Assembly (NCBI GenBank): GCA_017883965.1
Contig: JAFNKG010000001.1
Coordinates: 14,893 to 78,892, forward strand
Direction of reading: 5' to 3'
Length of the DNA stretch: 64,000 bases
From: Candidatus Methanophagales archaeon
Lineage (GTDB): Archaea; Halobacteriota; Syntropharchaeia; Alkanophagales; Methanospirareceae
Part shown: positions 45,444 through 54,775 of the stretch, in pieces
Layout: every line of letters begins with the position of its first letter
Position numbering within the stretch: the stretch's first letter is position 1
Translations under genes and position numbers: made by a program
The notes under the pieces: model-generated
What the model saw: the letters and a program-made list of their open reading frames with translations, nothing else
Databases searched by the model: none
What the model was told of the DNA's origin: nothing

Positions 45444-47798
45444 TCACTTCCATCCGTTTCTAAACCGCTCTAAGTTTGTGGGGTCAAATATCTTTCCCGG
45501 TGGCATTTTCATCGGCTTCCAGCCTATTTTTTCCAATTCAATTTTCAGCTCCTTTCTTTTCGCAGGCGGTAATTCTGACTCGTCTCGCACAAACAAATGC
45601 CAATCGTCTGGCATTGTCCCGAACATCCGCTCGTGCAAATCTATATAATTGCTTAATTTTATTAATCTTCCTCTTGGATTGTCACTCGGTCTTATGCAGA
45701 GCTTTGCAGTCATTACCATCGCTTCTTCCTTTGTTTCTGCTGCATATATCAGATGTTCGGGTGCGGGTCCAAAATAGAATGGTTCTCCCCCTACTTTGAC
45801 GTTGTAGGCATACCAGTCCTCCTCTTTATCTTTTCTGCCAAGATAAAGTCTTCTGTATGCTTTAGAGCCATGAGGTCCTAAGATCACAGGGATTCCCCAT
45901 CTGTTGCAGCCAGTAGCGATAGAAGCCGCCTTCTGCGACATCGCACCCCATGCAACTCCACAAGCACCAACTCTGCTTAATATGTAGTCAGAGATTTCCT
46001 CGAAGTTACCTCTTAGCTTCCTTCTTGCGAATATCCCTGCTATTTTTATCGCAGCGCCAATGACATGTGCATTTGAGACGCAAGAGCCGATGTTCACCAT
46101 GCAACCTCTATCAAAAGCACCTGTATATTTTTCATACAACGTCTTCCCTTCTTCATCCTTATATCTGGCTATCTCCATTGCAGAGCACCCGGTTGCCACC
46201 ACGATATATCCGCGCTTTGCGAATTCATCCGCCATCTCCGCAACTTCGCTTCCCCCTTTTGGGTAGTTTGGACAGCCAACGTACGCTATCACACCAGGGA
46301 TGTCACCAAAAACGATAGGTGCGCCGACATTCCTTATCTCAGTATCCAAAACCGGACCTCGCCCCGCTCTTACTTTATACTTCTCTTCCTTTATTTTGTA
46401 TTCCGCCGCCACTTTTATCATGTTCAGTGGCGATAGTTCTGCTCTGCATACTGATTCACACTTTGCACAGCCCACACACGCCTCATATAACCCTGCAAGC
46501 TTATCAAAGCTGCCTTTCGCTCCTGCTACCATCGCATCCGGGATATGCAAATCATTTGGACATGCCCTTCTGCATTCGTCACACTGCACACAAGATTCCG
46601 CAAGTTTTTTCAGCTCTCCTCTGTCAGGCAAAGCTTTTAAACGCTCTCTTTTTGGCGACACCCGCAAAGCAACCTCAACAGCAACTTCTCCTACCTTCTC
46701 CGCATCGAGTATCAATGCACCTGGCGCTCCATTCACCAAATCATTTATTATCTCCTCCGCAGGGGCATCGGTCCTATCAGGAAGCCCATAGCATATTTTG
46801 TCATTGCTTGCTATTACCCGCGTCTTCACCTTCATAGCTTCTTCCAATACATCTGTCCGCACACATTGTTCATCCACTACGATAACATCTGCTATCCTCG
46901 ACCTTATGGCGTATAACTGCTGAGCTATGTGACCGACGATTTTAGCCCTTGGCTCGTATCTCGTTATATCTGTCGCTGTGCAACACATCCCGCAGACTTC
47001 CACTTCGCCCTCCATCCCCCTCGCTGTAAGATAATCCACCATTTCTGCACCCGGCACAACATTATGTCCTATACACAAAATCACGGGCTTAGACCTCTCA
47101 ACAACGCCAAGACCTAATTCAACCAAAGGGGCATCAGGGTCACCTTTGGGGAAATTATAACCCACTATCTGTGCTATATCAGCTATTTCCTTTGCTAAGT
47201 TGTCAATCATGCCAATATGCAAATTTTTAGACTCGAAATCAATAAAAGCTCCTTCTTGACCCGTGTTCACAGCGGATAGGCAATTTGTAATCTCCTTCTC
47301 TACATAGTCCAATGCATCATCCAAATCACCCAATCGCCTCGGTCTTATTCCTGTGACTGTTCTTGTTATCGGAGCTTCAATATCAATATACGAACCTAAA
47401 TCTATCGGGAAATTGCTGCCATACTTTTCTATCAAATGGTCAACCAAATGACGAGCATGTCCAGTATGAGCAGCAGTCCCCATACAACACGCTATCAGAA
47501 CGATTCTTGCCTGCTGTGCATCTATTTTTATTCCACATGCACCCTTCTTGCCGCATGTTAGGTCGCATTTCCCATACGTACAGAGACAGCACATGTCGCA
47601 GAACGGTGCGTAAAAAGGCTTATATCGGTTCAAAAGTCTGAAGTCCCAGCCTCGAAGCGTTGATATGCTCGGCATCGAATGAGGTCCCATCGGTTCCCAT
47701 TCTTCCTCTCCCCACTCCTCTATTATCTCGCCTATGCTTATCCGCACGTTTTGCAAGTCGGAGAAGGTGAAAATCCCGCCCTTTTTTATTGCTTCCAT
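45444..47798 (-). CDS. cdhA: CO dehydrogenase/acetyl-CoA synthase complex alpha subunit (Ni-Fe-S CODH catalytic subunit)
   Basis: 784 aa. Colinear with CdhA ([32 protein letters not shown], inserted ferredoxin [47 protein letters not shown]). Confidence 0.9.
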   Translation of the reverse strand: MEAIKKGGIFTFSDLQNVRISIGEIIEEWGEEEWEPMGPHSMPSISTLRGWDFRLLNRYKPFYAPFCDMCCLCTYGKCDLTCGKKGACGIKIDAQQARIVLIACCMGTAAHTGHARHLVDHLIEKYGSNFPIDLGSYIDIEAPITRTVTGIRPRRLGDLDDALDYVEKEITNCLSAVNTGQEGAFIDFESKNLHIGMIDNLAKEIADIAQIVGYNFPKGDPDAPLVELGLGVVERSKPVILCIGHNVVPGAEMVDYLTARGMEGEVEVCGMCCTATDITRYEPRAKIVGHIAQQLYAIRSRIADVIVVDEQCVRTDVLEEAMKVKTRVIASNDKICYGLPDRTDAPAEEIINDLVNGAPGALILDAEKVGEVAVEVALRVSPKRERLKALPDRGELKKLAESCVQCDECRRACPNDLHIPDAMVAGAKGSFDKLAGLYEACVGCAKCESVCRAELSPLNMIKVAAEYKIKEEKYKVRAGRGPVLDTEIRNVGAPIVFGDIPGVIAYVGCPNYPKGGSEVAEMADEFAKRGYIVVATGCSAMEIARYKDEEGKTLYEKYTGAFDRGCMVNIGSCVSNAHVIGAAIKIAGIFARRKLRGNFEEISDYILSRVGACGVAWGAMSQKAASIATGCNRWGIPVILGPHGSKAYRRLYLGRKDKEEDWYAYNVKVGGEPFYFGPAPEHLIYAAETKEEAMVMTAKLCIRPSDNPRGRLIKLSNYIDLHERMFGTMPDDWHLFVRDESELPPAKRKELKIELEKIGWKPMKMPPGKIFDPTNLERFRNGWK

Positions 47799-47935
47799 TT
47801 TTACACTTTTTATCCCTGTGTTCTCTTTATTTTCAAGACAGTTGTATTTAAATTTTGCTGTTTTTTAATTACAGTTGCGAGATTTTCACTAAGTAACCCG
47901 GCAAAAGTTTTATCAAAAAATGGTTGTTTCTTTGA

Positions 47936-47995
47936 TCAAACTTTCTTTTTAAAGAACGGTTTGTTTTGTATTTTGAAATTAGGATCTGGATTTTT
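47936..47995 (+). repeat. T-rich conserved intergenic element (copy B), in the cdhA upstream region
   Basis: caaactttctttttaaagaacggtttgttttgtattttgaaattaggatctggatttttt parallels copy A at 22862-22940. Confidence 0.55.
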
Positions 47996-48025
47996 TAAGA
48001 CAGAATTTTTGAGGAGCTACTTATT

Positions 48026-48397
48026 CTATTCATACTTGGATGGGCATTTAACCAGTAGTTGTGTCGCATTCAGATGATAGGGCGAAGTAAGCGTTCCTAT
48101 GGCAACTATTTTTTGCCCCTCTTTGAAGTTCTGAGGCATAGTTCCTGCGAATGCCACATCTATTGTAGCCTTGCCGTCAGTGAGTTTAAAGAGTAAAGAA
48201 CCATCCTCTCCCCAACCTGTGGACCCGCTGACAACAGTGGCTAAAATCTGAACCTCTTTGTTAATATATTCGTCATTACCAGCGACCTGCGAGACTGTTA
48301 AATAAGGATTGATATAAGATGTAAAGGCATCGTAGGCGAGAATTGTACTTATAACTATTAGAGCGACAACGATAATATGAACGGGTTTAAATTTCAT
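48026..48397 (-). CDS. ccmE: cytochrome c-type biogenesis heme chaperone CcmE (archaeal CxxxY type)
   Basis: 123 aa. N-terminal membrane anchor, OB-fold region, and C-terminal LVKCPSKYE, the archaeal C-x3-Y heme-binding motif. Confidence 0.8.
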   Translation of the reverse strand: MKFKPVHIIVVALIVISTILAYDAFTSYINPYLTVSQVAGNDEYINKEVQILATVVSGSTGWGEDGSLLFKLTDGKATIDVAFAGTMPQNFKEGQKIVAIGTLTSPYHLNATQLLVKCPSKYE

Positions 48398-48421
48398 TTT
48401 TCTTCTTCCCTTTTTTCTCTT

Positions 48422-48547
48422 TCACTCCTCCCCTACTTCTAAATCTGCTATCTTCTCTTTAAGCGAGGATAAACGTCTATTAAGCCAGATAAAAACTACC
48501 AAAAGGGACGTCCAGTAAATGATAGAAACGAGAAAGACTTCAAACAT
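48422..48547 (-). CDS. ccmD: CcmD-like small membrane protein (not in the ORF track)
   Basis: 41-aa ORF MFEVFLVSIIYWTSLLVVFIWLNRRLSSLKEKIADLEVGEE read by hand between ccmC and ccmE. One TM helix plus a charged tail. Confidence 0.4.
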   Translation of the reverse strand: MFEVFLVSIIYWTSLLVVFIWLNRRLSSLKEKIADLEVGEE

Positions 48548-48553
48548 ATTCTT

Positions 48554-49231
48554 TTAAACACCTCCTTTTTCGTAGATTAATGCGTTCACACGGCTTTCTA
48601 AAGACCAGACAGTGGATGCGGTTATCAGGAGATAAAAGAAGAATAGGGAAGCTGCTAAGAGATTAAAAAATAAAGTTGCAAGCATTGGCGAGGTTATAGA
48701 AATTCCAGACGCTTTCACTATCTGAGGATGAAGCGTTGACAATAGATTTATGGACAGATAACTCAGCGGTATGGTAGAAAAAGCGAGGATATTATACACC
48801 GCTCCTATTACCGCTCTTTTCTCAACTTCTCCGATGGAGTATTTTACGGAAATATAGCCCGCGTATGCAATCCAGAGTATGAGCGTAGTTGTTTCTCTCG
48901 GGTCCCAGTTCCAATAGCTCCCCCATGTGGCGTTTGCCCAAATCGAACCAGAAATCAATGCTATTGCACCATAAACCAACCCTAAGATAGCCGATACCTC
49001 TGCCGTTCTATCGTATGTATGCTTTCTTTTAGCTAAAAAGAGGATGCTTGCGAACAGAGAAAGTGAAAAAGCAAGATAGCAAACCCATGCTGCGGGCACA
49101 TGCGTATATAAAATCCGGTAAAGGTCTCCCATAGTTGCTTCTGAAGGAGCGGCAACATAAGCCGCATAAGAAGCGATTACGCTCACTGCTACGGCGATGC
49201 AAAGAAGAATATCTCGCTTCATTTCCTTCAT
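48554..49231 (-). CDS. ccmC: heme exporter protein CcmC
   Basis: 225 aa. WWD-motif region WGSYWNWDPRE and a conserved His-containing loop. Confidence 0.85.
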   Translation of the reverse strand: MKEMKRDILLCIAVAVSVIASYAAYVAAPSEATMGDLYRILYTHVPAAWVCYLAFSLSLFASILFLAKRKHTYDRTAEVSAILGLVYGAIALISGSIWANATWGSYWNWDPRETTTLILWIAYAGYISVKYSIGEVEKRAVIGAVYNILAFSTIPLSYLSINLLSTLHPQIVKASGISITSPMLATLFFNLLAASLFFFYLLITASTVWSLESRVNALIYEKGGV

Positions 49232-49641
49232 TTTTTACCCACCCATTCAAACAAAATAATCCCTTCACTCTGTTTGAATTCAACATTAAACCTGTCAAAA
49301 ACGTCCAATATCTCAAGCAATGGTGGAACATCCTCTATCAGTGCCCACGCGACCCTTGCATCGAATTCACATTCTCCAATGGTCATCTTCACCCACTTGA
49401 CGATAACCGGAACTTTTCCTTTGCTTATTCCAACAAGTTCAAATACTCGTGATTCGTCCATTTTAAAACCCGGCGCTTCACCGAAAATCCTCGGCAGCAA
49501 TGCTATATCCGCACCAGAATCTATGTACATCGGAACAATCGTTTTTCCTTCTTCCGTCACTAACGTAACCTCGGCAACTGGTCTATATATCACATCCGTT
49601 ATTGCCGAAAGTTCTTTTCGATATTTGAAAATAATCGTCAT
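49228..49641 (-). CDS. retropepsin-like aspartic protease (DSGA), copy 2
   Basis: 137 aa. MYIDSGADIALLP. Stop abuts the ccmC start. Confidence 0.7.
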   Translation of the reverse strand: MTIIFKYRKELSAITDVIYRPVAEVTLVTEEGKTIVPMYIDSGADIALLPRIFGEAPGFKMDESRVFELVGISKGKVPVIVKWVKMTIGECEFDARVAWALIEDVPPLLEILDVFDRFNVEFKQSEGIILFEWVGKK

Positions 49642-49649
49642 TCTACTCC

Positions 49650-49883
49650 CTATATTAATACTAATGTCTCAGAAGATGGGACTTTTGCCACAAATGGGAT
49701 TTTTCCTTTATATTTCTTCCTGATCTCGTCTAAAGCAGCTTTTAAATTCTCCTTTGCACGTGCAACAACTTTCTGCTCGATTATAATTACGTATTCATTC
49801 TCCTCGTATTCTCTCAGGTCAGCATTCAAAAACCATTCGTAATCTTTGCTCGCCATCTCTTCACCTCCTCTCCCCTTTGCCAA
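49650..49883 (-). CDS. small conserved partner protein of the aspartic protease, copy 2
   Basis: 77 aa. Paralog of 44076-44315. Confidence 0.45.
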   Translation of the reverse strand: MAKGRGGEEMASKDYEWFLNADLREYEENEYVIIIEQKVVARAKENLKAALDEIRKKYKGKIPFVAKVPSSETLVLI

Positions 49884-49975
49884 ATTTATCTATTATCATC
49901 TTCTATTAAAAAGGATTTATGCCTTACCTTATAATAAAGGTATTGAACTCGTGTATAAGACACTGATGGTGACAA

Positions 49976-50635
49976 ATGTATAATAACGCAATAGCAGTGG
50001 AAATCATAGAAGTCTCGAAGAGATATGGTTACTTACAGGCTTTGAAATCCGTGTCATTGGAAATAGAAGAAGGCGAATTTCTGGCTTTTTCAGGTCACAA
50101 CGGGGCGGGAAAGACAACGTTGCTGAAAATAATCGCCACGCATATCTCACCATCTTCGGGAACGGTGAAAATATTTGGCGATGATGCATTCAAAAACAGT
50201 GCAGAAATAAGAAGAAGGATTGGTTTGGTAACGCATGAAAGTTTTCTTTATGACGAGCTGAGCGTGAAAGAGAATTTGCTATTCTATGCGAAACTATTCT
50301 CGGTAAAAGAAGAGGAGGACTTCCTCGACACGATTGAATTTTTGGGTCTGAAACGCTGGTATAACGTTCCGGTGAAGCAACTGTCGCATGGATTAAGAAA
50401 GAGGGCGGACATCGTGAGAGCGTTAATTCATAACCCGGATTTAATCTTGCTTGATGAACCTTTTGCAGGACTGGACACGAACACCTGTGACATTCTCGTA
50501 AACTACTTCAAAAGCCGGAAAGGAAAAGGGAAGACGCTATTAATATCGTCTCATTCCTTAGAGTGGTCGAAGAAAATTTGCGATAAGCGAATCTCGCTCG
50601 ATAAGGGTAAAATAGTAGGAGAAATATCATTTTAG
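49976..50635 (+). CDS. ccmA: heme exporter ATP-binding protein CcmA (ABC ATPase)
   Basis: Walker A (GHNGAGKTT), Walker B (ILLDEPFAGLD). Followed by ccmB. Confidence 0.75.
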   Translation: MYNNAIAVEIIEVSKRYGYLQALKSVSLEIEEGEFLAFSGHNGAGKTTLLKIIATHISPSSGTVKIFGDDAFKNSAEIRRRIGLVTHESFLYDELSVKENLLFYAKLFSVKEEEDFLDTIEFLGLKRWYNVPVKQLSHGLRKRADIVRALIHNPDLILLDEPFAGLDTNTCDILVNYFKSRKGKGKTLLISSHSLEWSKKICDKRISLDKGKIVGEISF

Positions 50636-50645
50636 AGAGGCAACA

Positions 50646-51338
50646 ATGAAAAATATTTGGGATTTTCAAAGAGCTGCTCTTGGGATAGCGGAGAAAGACC
50701 TGAGGGCAGAGTTACGGCGGTCTTACGAAGTTCTATCAATTCTTACCTTCTCGGTGGGTTCCATACTGATTTGCAGTTTCGCGTGGAGTGGCGGTTCGGT
50801 AGGTTCGAAACCCGAAGTGGCATCCGCAGCACTCTGGATTATCCTGTTCTTCGCGAGTATCCTCGCATTTACCACTTCGTTTACGCGCGAAGCAGACCGG
50901 GGAACACTCGGCGGTTTGAAAACTCTACCCTGCTCACCACTGGCAATCCTTTACGGCAAAATCATTTATGGAACGGCGCTGCTTTTTTTCGTGGAATGCG
51001 TCTTAATTCCTTTTTCTATCATTTTTTTAAACCTCGAATTGAGTGGAAGATTTCCCGCTCTCTTGCTCGTATGCTTCTTAGGTGCGATGGGTCTCTCGTT
51101 TGCGGGTTCCTTTGTTTCAGGGCTCGTGATGTTCTCGGAAGGTAAAACATTACTCCTTTCTTTTCTCCTTATTCCTGTTTGTATGCCGGTGCTTATACCG
51201 TCAGTTGTGGCAACGGAGGAAATCATCGGAGGTTCCGGTATAACCGAAGTAGTGCCGGAATTGCGACTGCTAATCTCTTTTCTACTTCTGATAACCGCGG
51301 TAATGATTCTCACTTTCGAGTTTGTTCTTGAAGAATAA
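50646..51338 (+). CDS. ccmB: heme exporter membrane protein CcmB
   Basis: 230 aa with six hydrophobic helices, downstream of ccmA. The N-terminus shows only weak CcmB-like similarity. Confidence 0.65.
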   Translation: MKNIWDFQRAALGIAEKDLRAELRRSYEVLSILTFSVGSILICSFAWSGGSVGSKPEVASAALWIILFFASILAFTTSFTREADRGTLGGLKTLPCSPLAILYGKIIYGTALLFFVECVLIPFSIIFLNLELSGRFPALLLVCFLGAMGLSFAGSFVSGLVMFSEGKTLLLSFLLIPVCMPVLIPSVVATEEIIGGSGITEVVPELRLLISFLLLITAVMILTFEFVLEE

Positions 51339-51430
51339 TGATAAAAATCCCAACCGTTATAGCCAATAGCAAGGTAGCCAATAGCCAAATAGGGAACATA
51401 CCTATCTTGAATTTGTCATATTTAAAATTT

Positions 51431-51550
51431 ACCGCAGAGAACGCTGAGTTCACAGAGAAAATAAGGGGTTAGTTGTCTGGTATTAGTAACCCTAAAACCT
51501 AAACCTCTAAACCTACACCCTCTGCGTTCTCCGTGAACTCTGCGGTTAAT
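51431..51550 (+). repeat. nested inverted-repeat element (CCGCAGAGAAC/GTTCTCTGCGG family) with an inner GGGTTA...TAACCC hairpin; probable bidirectional terminator or structured RNA
   Basis: accgcagagaacgctgagttcacagag pairs imperfectly with ctctgcgttctccgtgaactctgcgg. The related motif cccgcagagaacacagagag occurs at 10473-10499. Confidence 0.5.
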
Positions 51551-51578
51551 CTGACAATGTCAAGCTATTCCTCATTGG

Positions 51579-53636
51579 CTATTCACTATTTGCCTGTTCC
51601 TTATTTTGATTCTTCCACTGCAAGAAATTGCAATACGGGCAGCCGAAATCCCACGTTTTACCCCTGCCTTTGCCCTTACCCTTTTTTATTATCTTTAACT
51701 TAAACAGGGAAGGATGTATATCGCATTTATCTTTGGTCACAATCAGTCTCCCGCTTGTTGGTAACGGCAAAGAGAAATTACAGGTGGGAAAACCGCTGCA
51801 GCCCACGAATCTTTTCCTGCGTTTAGAAGTCGCCCAAAAAAGATCCGCACCACATTCCGGGCATGTTCCCACGATTTTATCGCTCTTTAAAGCTTCTTTA
51901 AGTGATTTCCCTATTTCCTCACGATTCTCCATCATCTCCTTGAACACCGCACTCAACATCTTTCTCGAATCATCCGCAACTTCATTCTTTTTTCGTTTTC
52001 CTTCACTTATCCCGTCCATCTCCTGTTCTAACGTTTTTGTCATCTCCGGCTTCGTTATCACCGCAGCATATTTCTCTAAGGAATCAATAAGTGCGAATGC
52101 CTTTTCTGTGGGTTTAGCGGGGTTGTCCTGCACGTATGCGCGGTCATACAGCTTCCCTATTATCTCGTGTCGCGTGCTCTTCGTGCCAAGCCCCAGATCT
52201 TCCATCTTTTTTATCAGCCCTGCTTGTGAAATCCTATTCGGTGGCTTTGTTTCCTTATCTGAAATCTCTAAATCCTCGACTATTACTTTATCTCCCTCTT
52301 TTAATTTCGGTAATATCAATTCTTCCTTCTTCTGGTACGGATACACAGCAAGAAATCCCTGCTCCTTCAATTCTTTTCCCTTCGCCTCCAATGGCTCGCT
52401 CCCTACCTCTATCTTTACATCTGTATCTTCCCATTTTGCGGCATCAGAAAGCGTAGCTAAAAATCGCCGGACCACGAGTTCGTATATCTTCCACATATCC
52501 TTGTCAAGCTTCTCTTTGGACGTTTTCGCTACCGGATGTATAGGGGGGTGGTCAGTAGTCTTCTTTTTACCTGCCGTTGGCTTTAATTTCTTCTTCTTTA
52601 ATATTTGCTCAGCATGTTCACCAAATTCTTCGTGTTCGTAAAACATCTTTACTAACGCCTTTAAATCCAGCGTGTCCGGATACGTGGTATTATCAGTGCG
52701 ATGATATGATATGAGTCCCTCGAGATACAGGCTCTGTGCGATGTTCATCGCTCTCCTCGGCGTGTATCCGATAGAAGAAGCAGCTCTTATGAATCCTGTT
52801 GTATCGAAAGGAGCAGGTGGCTTATCAACCCGCAACTTCCTCTTCACATCACGAACAATTCCGCTCTTTGCTGATTCTATTCTCGATTTTATCGCTTCAA
52901 CTTCGTCTCTTTCCCAAAACTTATGCTTTTCATGCGTTACATCGAAAACCTCGCCTTTTTCCGTCTTTAATTTCGCATGCAGCTCCCAGAACTTACGAGG
53001 GACGAATTTCGCTATTTCTTTTTCCTTCTCTACCAACAACGCAAGTGTCGGAGATTGCACACGTCCAACGGAAAAGAAGTCGTCACCCACACGATTCGCA
53101 GATAATGAAATGAACCTTGTCAAAGATGCACCCCATATCAGGTCTATTATCTGTCTCGCTTCGGCTGATGCCGCCAGATTATAATCAACTTCACTTCTCG
53201 CCGCAAAACTTTCTTTTATGTCCTTCTCGGTTATCGCACTGTATCGCATCCTGTCAATTTTCACATCAGGATTTATTTTTTTGATAAGGCGGAGTGATTC
53301 AACACCTATTAACTCACCTTCGCGGTCGTAATCCGTTGCGATGGTCACCCTGTCAGCATCTCTTGCTATTTGTGCCACTGCTTTAACTATACCTTTTTTT
53401 AATGCAACTGCTACTATTTTGGCATCTATCAACTTGAAAGGGTTTATCTTACTCCAATTATTATATGCGGTTGGGAAGTCAAGACGAAAAACATGCCCGC
53501 TCAGTCCTACAACTACTTTTCCATCGAACTCATGCGCATCTATGTTTCCTACCTTTTTCTTCTTTGCTTTGCCATTCGATAAAATTGAGGCGATTTTTCT
53601 TGCCGTTGTCCCTTTCTCCGTGATTATGTAGTGCAT
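51579..53636 (-). CDS. topA: DNA topoisomerase I (type IA)
   Basis: Toprim (DYDREGELIG), catalytic Tyr region LISYHRTDNTTY, C-terminal zinc ribbons (CPECG, CSGFPTC, CPYC). Confidence 0.85.
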   Translation of the reverse strand: MHYIITEKGTTARKIASILSNGKAKKKKVGNIDAHEFDGKVVVGLSGHVFRLDFPTAYNNWSKINPFKLIDAKIVAVALKKGIVKAVAQIARDADRVTIATDYDREGELIGVESLRLIKKINPDVKIDRMRYSAITEKDIKESFAARSEVDYNLAASAEARQIIDLIWGASLTRFISLSANRVGDDFFSVGRVQSPTLALLVEKEKEIAKFVPRKFWELHAKLKTEKGEVFDVTHEKHKFWERDEVEAIKSRIESAKSGIVRDVKRKLRVDKPPAPFDTTGFIRAASSIGYTPRRAMNIAQSLYLEGLISYHRTDNTTYPDTLDLKALVKMFYEHEEFGEHAEQILKKKKLKPTAGKKKTTDHPPIHPVAKTSKEKLDKDMWKIYELVVRRFLATLSDAAKWEDTDVKIEVGSEPLEAKGKELKEQGFLAVYPYQKKEELILPKLKEGDKVIVEDLEISDKETKPPNRISQAGLIKKMEDLGLGTKSTRHEIIGKLYDRAYVQDNPAKPTEKAFALIDSLEKYAAVITKPEMTKTLEQEMDGISEGKRKKNEVADDSRKMLSAVFKEMMENREEIGKSLKEALKSDKIVGTCPECGADLFWATSKRRKRFVGCSGFPTCNFSLPLPTSGRLIVTKDKCDIHPSLFKLKIIKKGKGKGRGKTWDFGCPYCNFLQWKNQNKEQANSE

Positions 53637-53685
53637 GGTGTTGTTTCCCGCGGATTTATTTTTCGTATTTTTATAGCATGATAGG

Positions 53686-54756
53686 ATGGACTATTTAAAT
53701 ATAAATATAATTGAGATGAAAAATACGGGCTGTATAAAAGAGAAAGAGGCTTTTTTGTATGAGCAAAAAGGGAAGAAAGTGAGATGTGGAACCTGTGAAC
53801 GGTTCTGCGAAATTGATGTGGGCGAGTCGGGATTCTGTAAAACACGGATGAATATTGATGGAAAACTCTATACCTTAGAATATGGCGATATTTCCTCTAT
53901 AAGTGCGAATCCAATAGAGAAGAAACCCTTTTTCCATTTCTTCCCAGGCAGCAGAGCATTAACGGCTGGTAGTTACGGCTGCAATTTCTCCTGCCCCTGG
54001 TGTCAGAATTGGGACATTAGCAAATCCGTTCCAACTCCGGCGGGGAGTAATTATGTATCGGCAGAGAGATTCGTGCGAATGGTGAAAGAGAGAAGATGCC
54101 AGGGGACTTCTATATCCTTTAACGAGCCAGCATTACTTCTCGAATACTCGCTTGACGTTTTTGAACTCGCTAAAAGAGAGGGCTATTATAATACATACGT
54201 GACGAATGGCTACATGAGTGCAGATGCGCTGAGGTTGCTGGTGGAGCATGGATTAGATGCGATGAATGTGGATATAAAAGGTTGTGAGGAAGCAGTGCGG
54301 AAATATTGTGGTGCAGACATTGAAAAAGTATGGCGGAATATAAAGGAAGCGAAGAGAAAGGGAGTTCATGTTGAACTCACAACGCTCATTATACCGCGTG
54401 TGAACGATGCTGAGAAATGTTTGAGGAGCATAGCATCGAGAATCAGGAATGAAGTCGGGAGAAATACACCCTGGCACGTAACGCAGTATTATCCGGCTTA
54501 CAAATCGCTTGAAGTCGGTCTTTACAAAGGAAGGACACCTGTTGAAACACTGGAGCGTGCGTGGAGCATAGGGAAGGAAGAAGGTTTGAATTATGTCTAT
54601 CTCGGCAACGTTCCCGGGCATCATTATGAAAATACTTATTGCCCGGATTGCGGTGAACTGTTAATCAAGCGATATGGTTTTGACGTGGTTAGTTATCGGA
54701 TTACAGCAGAGAATAAATGTCCGAAGTGTGGGGAGACTATCGTAGTGAAAAAATAA
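53686..54756 (+). CDS. AmmeMemoRadiSam-system radical SAM enzyme-like protein (PflA/COG1180 family)
   Basis: CNFSCPWCQN radical-SAM motif. N- and C-terminal zinc-ribbon-like Cys pairs. Confidence 0.7.
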   Translation: MDYLNINIIEMKNTGCIKEKEAFLYEQKGKKVRCGTCERFCEIDVGESGFCKTRMNIDGKLYTLEYGDISSISANPIEKKPFFHFFPGSRALTAGSYGCNFSCPWCQNWDISKSVPTPAGSNYVSAERFVRMVKERRCQGTSISFNEPALLLEYSLDVFELAKREGYYNTYVTNGYMSADALRLLVEHGLDAMNVDIKGCEEAVRKYCGADIEKVWRNIKEAKRKGVHVELTTLIIPRVNDAEKCLRSIASRIRNEVGRNTPWHVTQYYPAYKSLEVGLYKGRTPVETLERAWSIGKEEGLNYVYLGNVPGHHYENTYCPDCGELLIKRYGFDVVSYRITAENKCPKCGETIVVKK

Positions 54757-54775
54757 AGATTTACCGTAAACACTT

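Noticed and set aside
38329-47798. Complete acetyl-CoA decarbonylase/synthase (cdhABCDE) operon
   Set aside because: Only cdhA-like and cdhB-like genes are present. The intervening genes are Hdr and FrhB-family genes, not cdhC, cdhD or cdhE.
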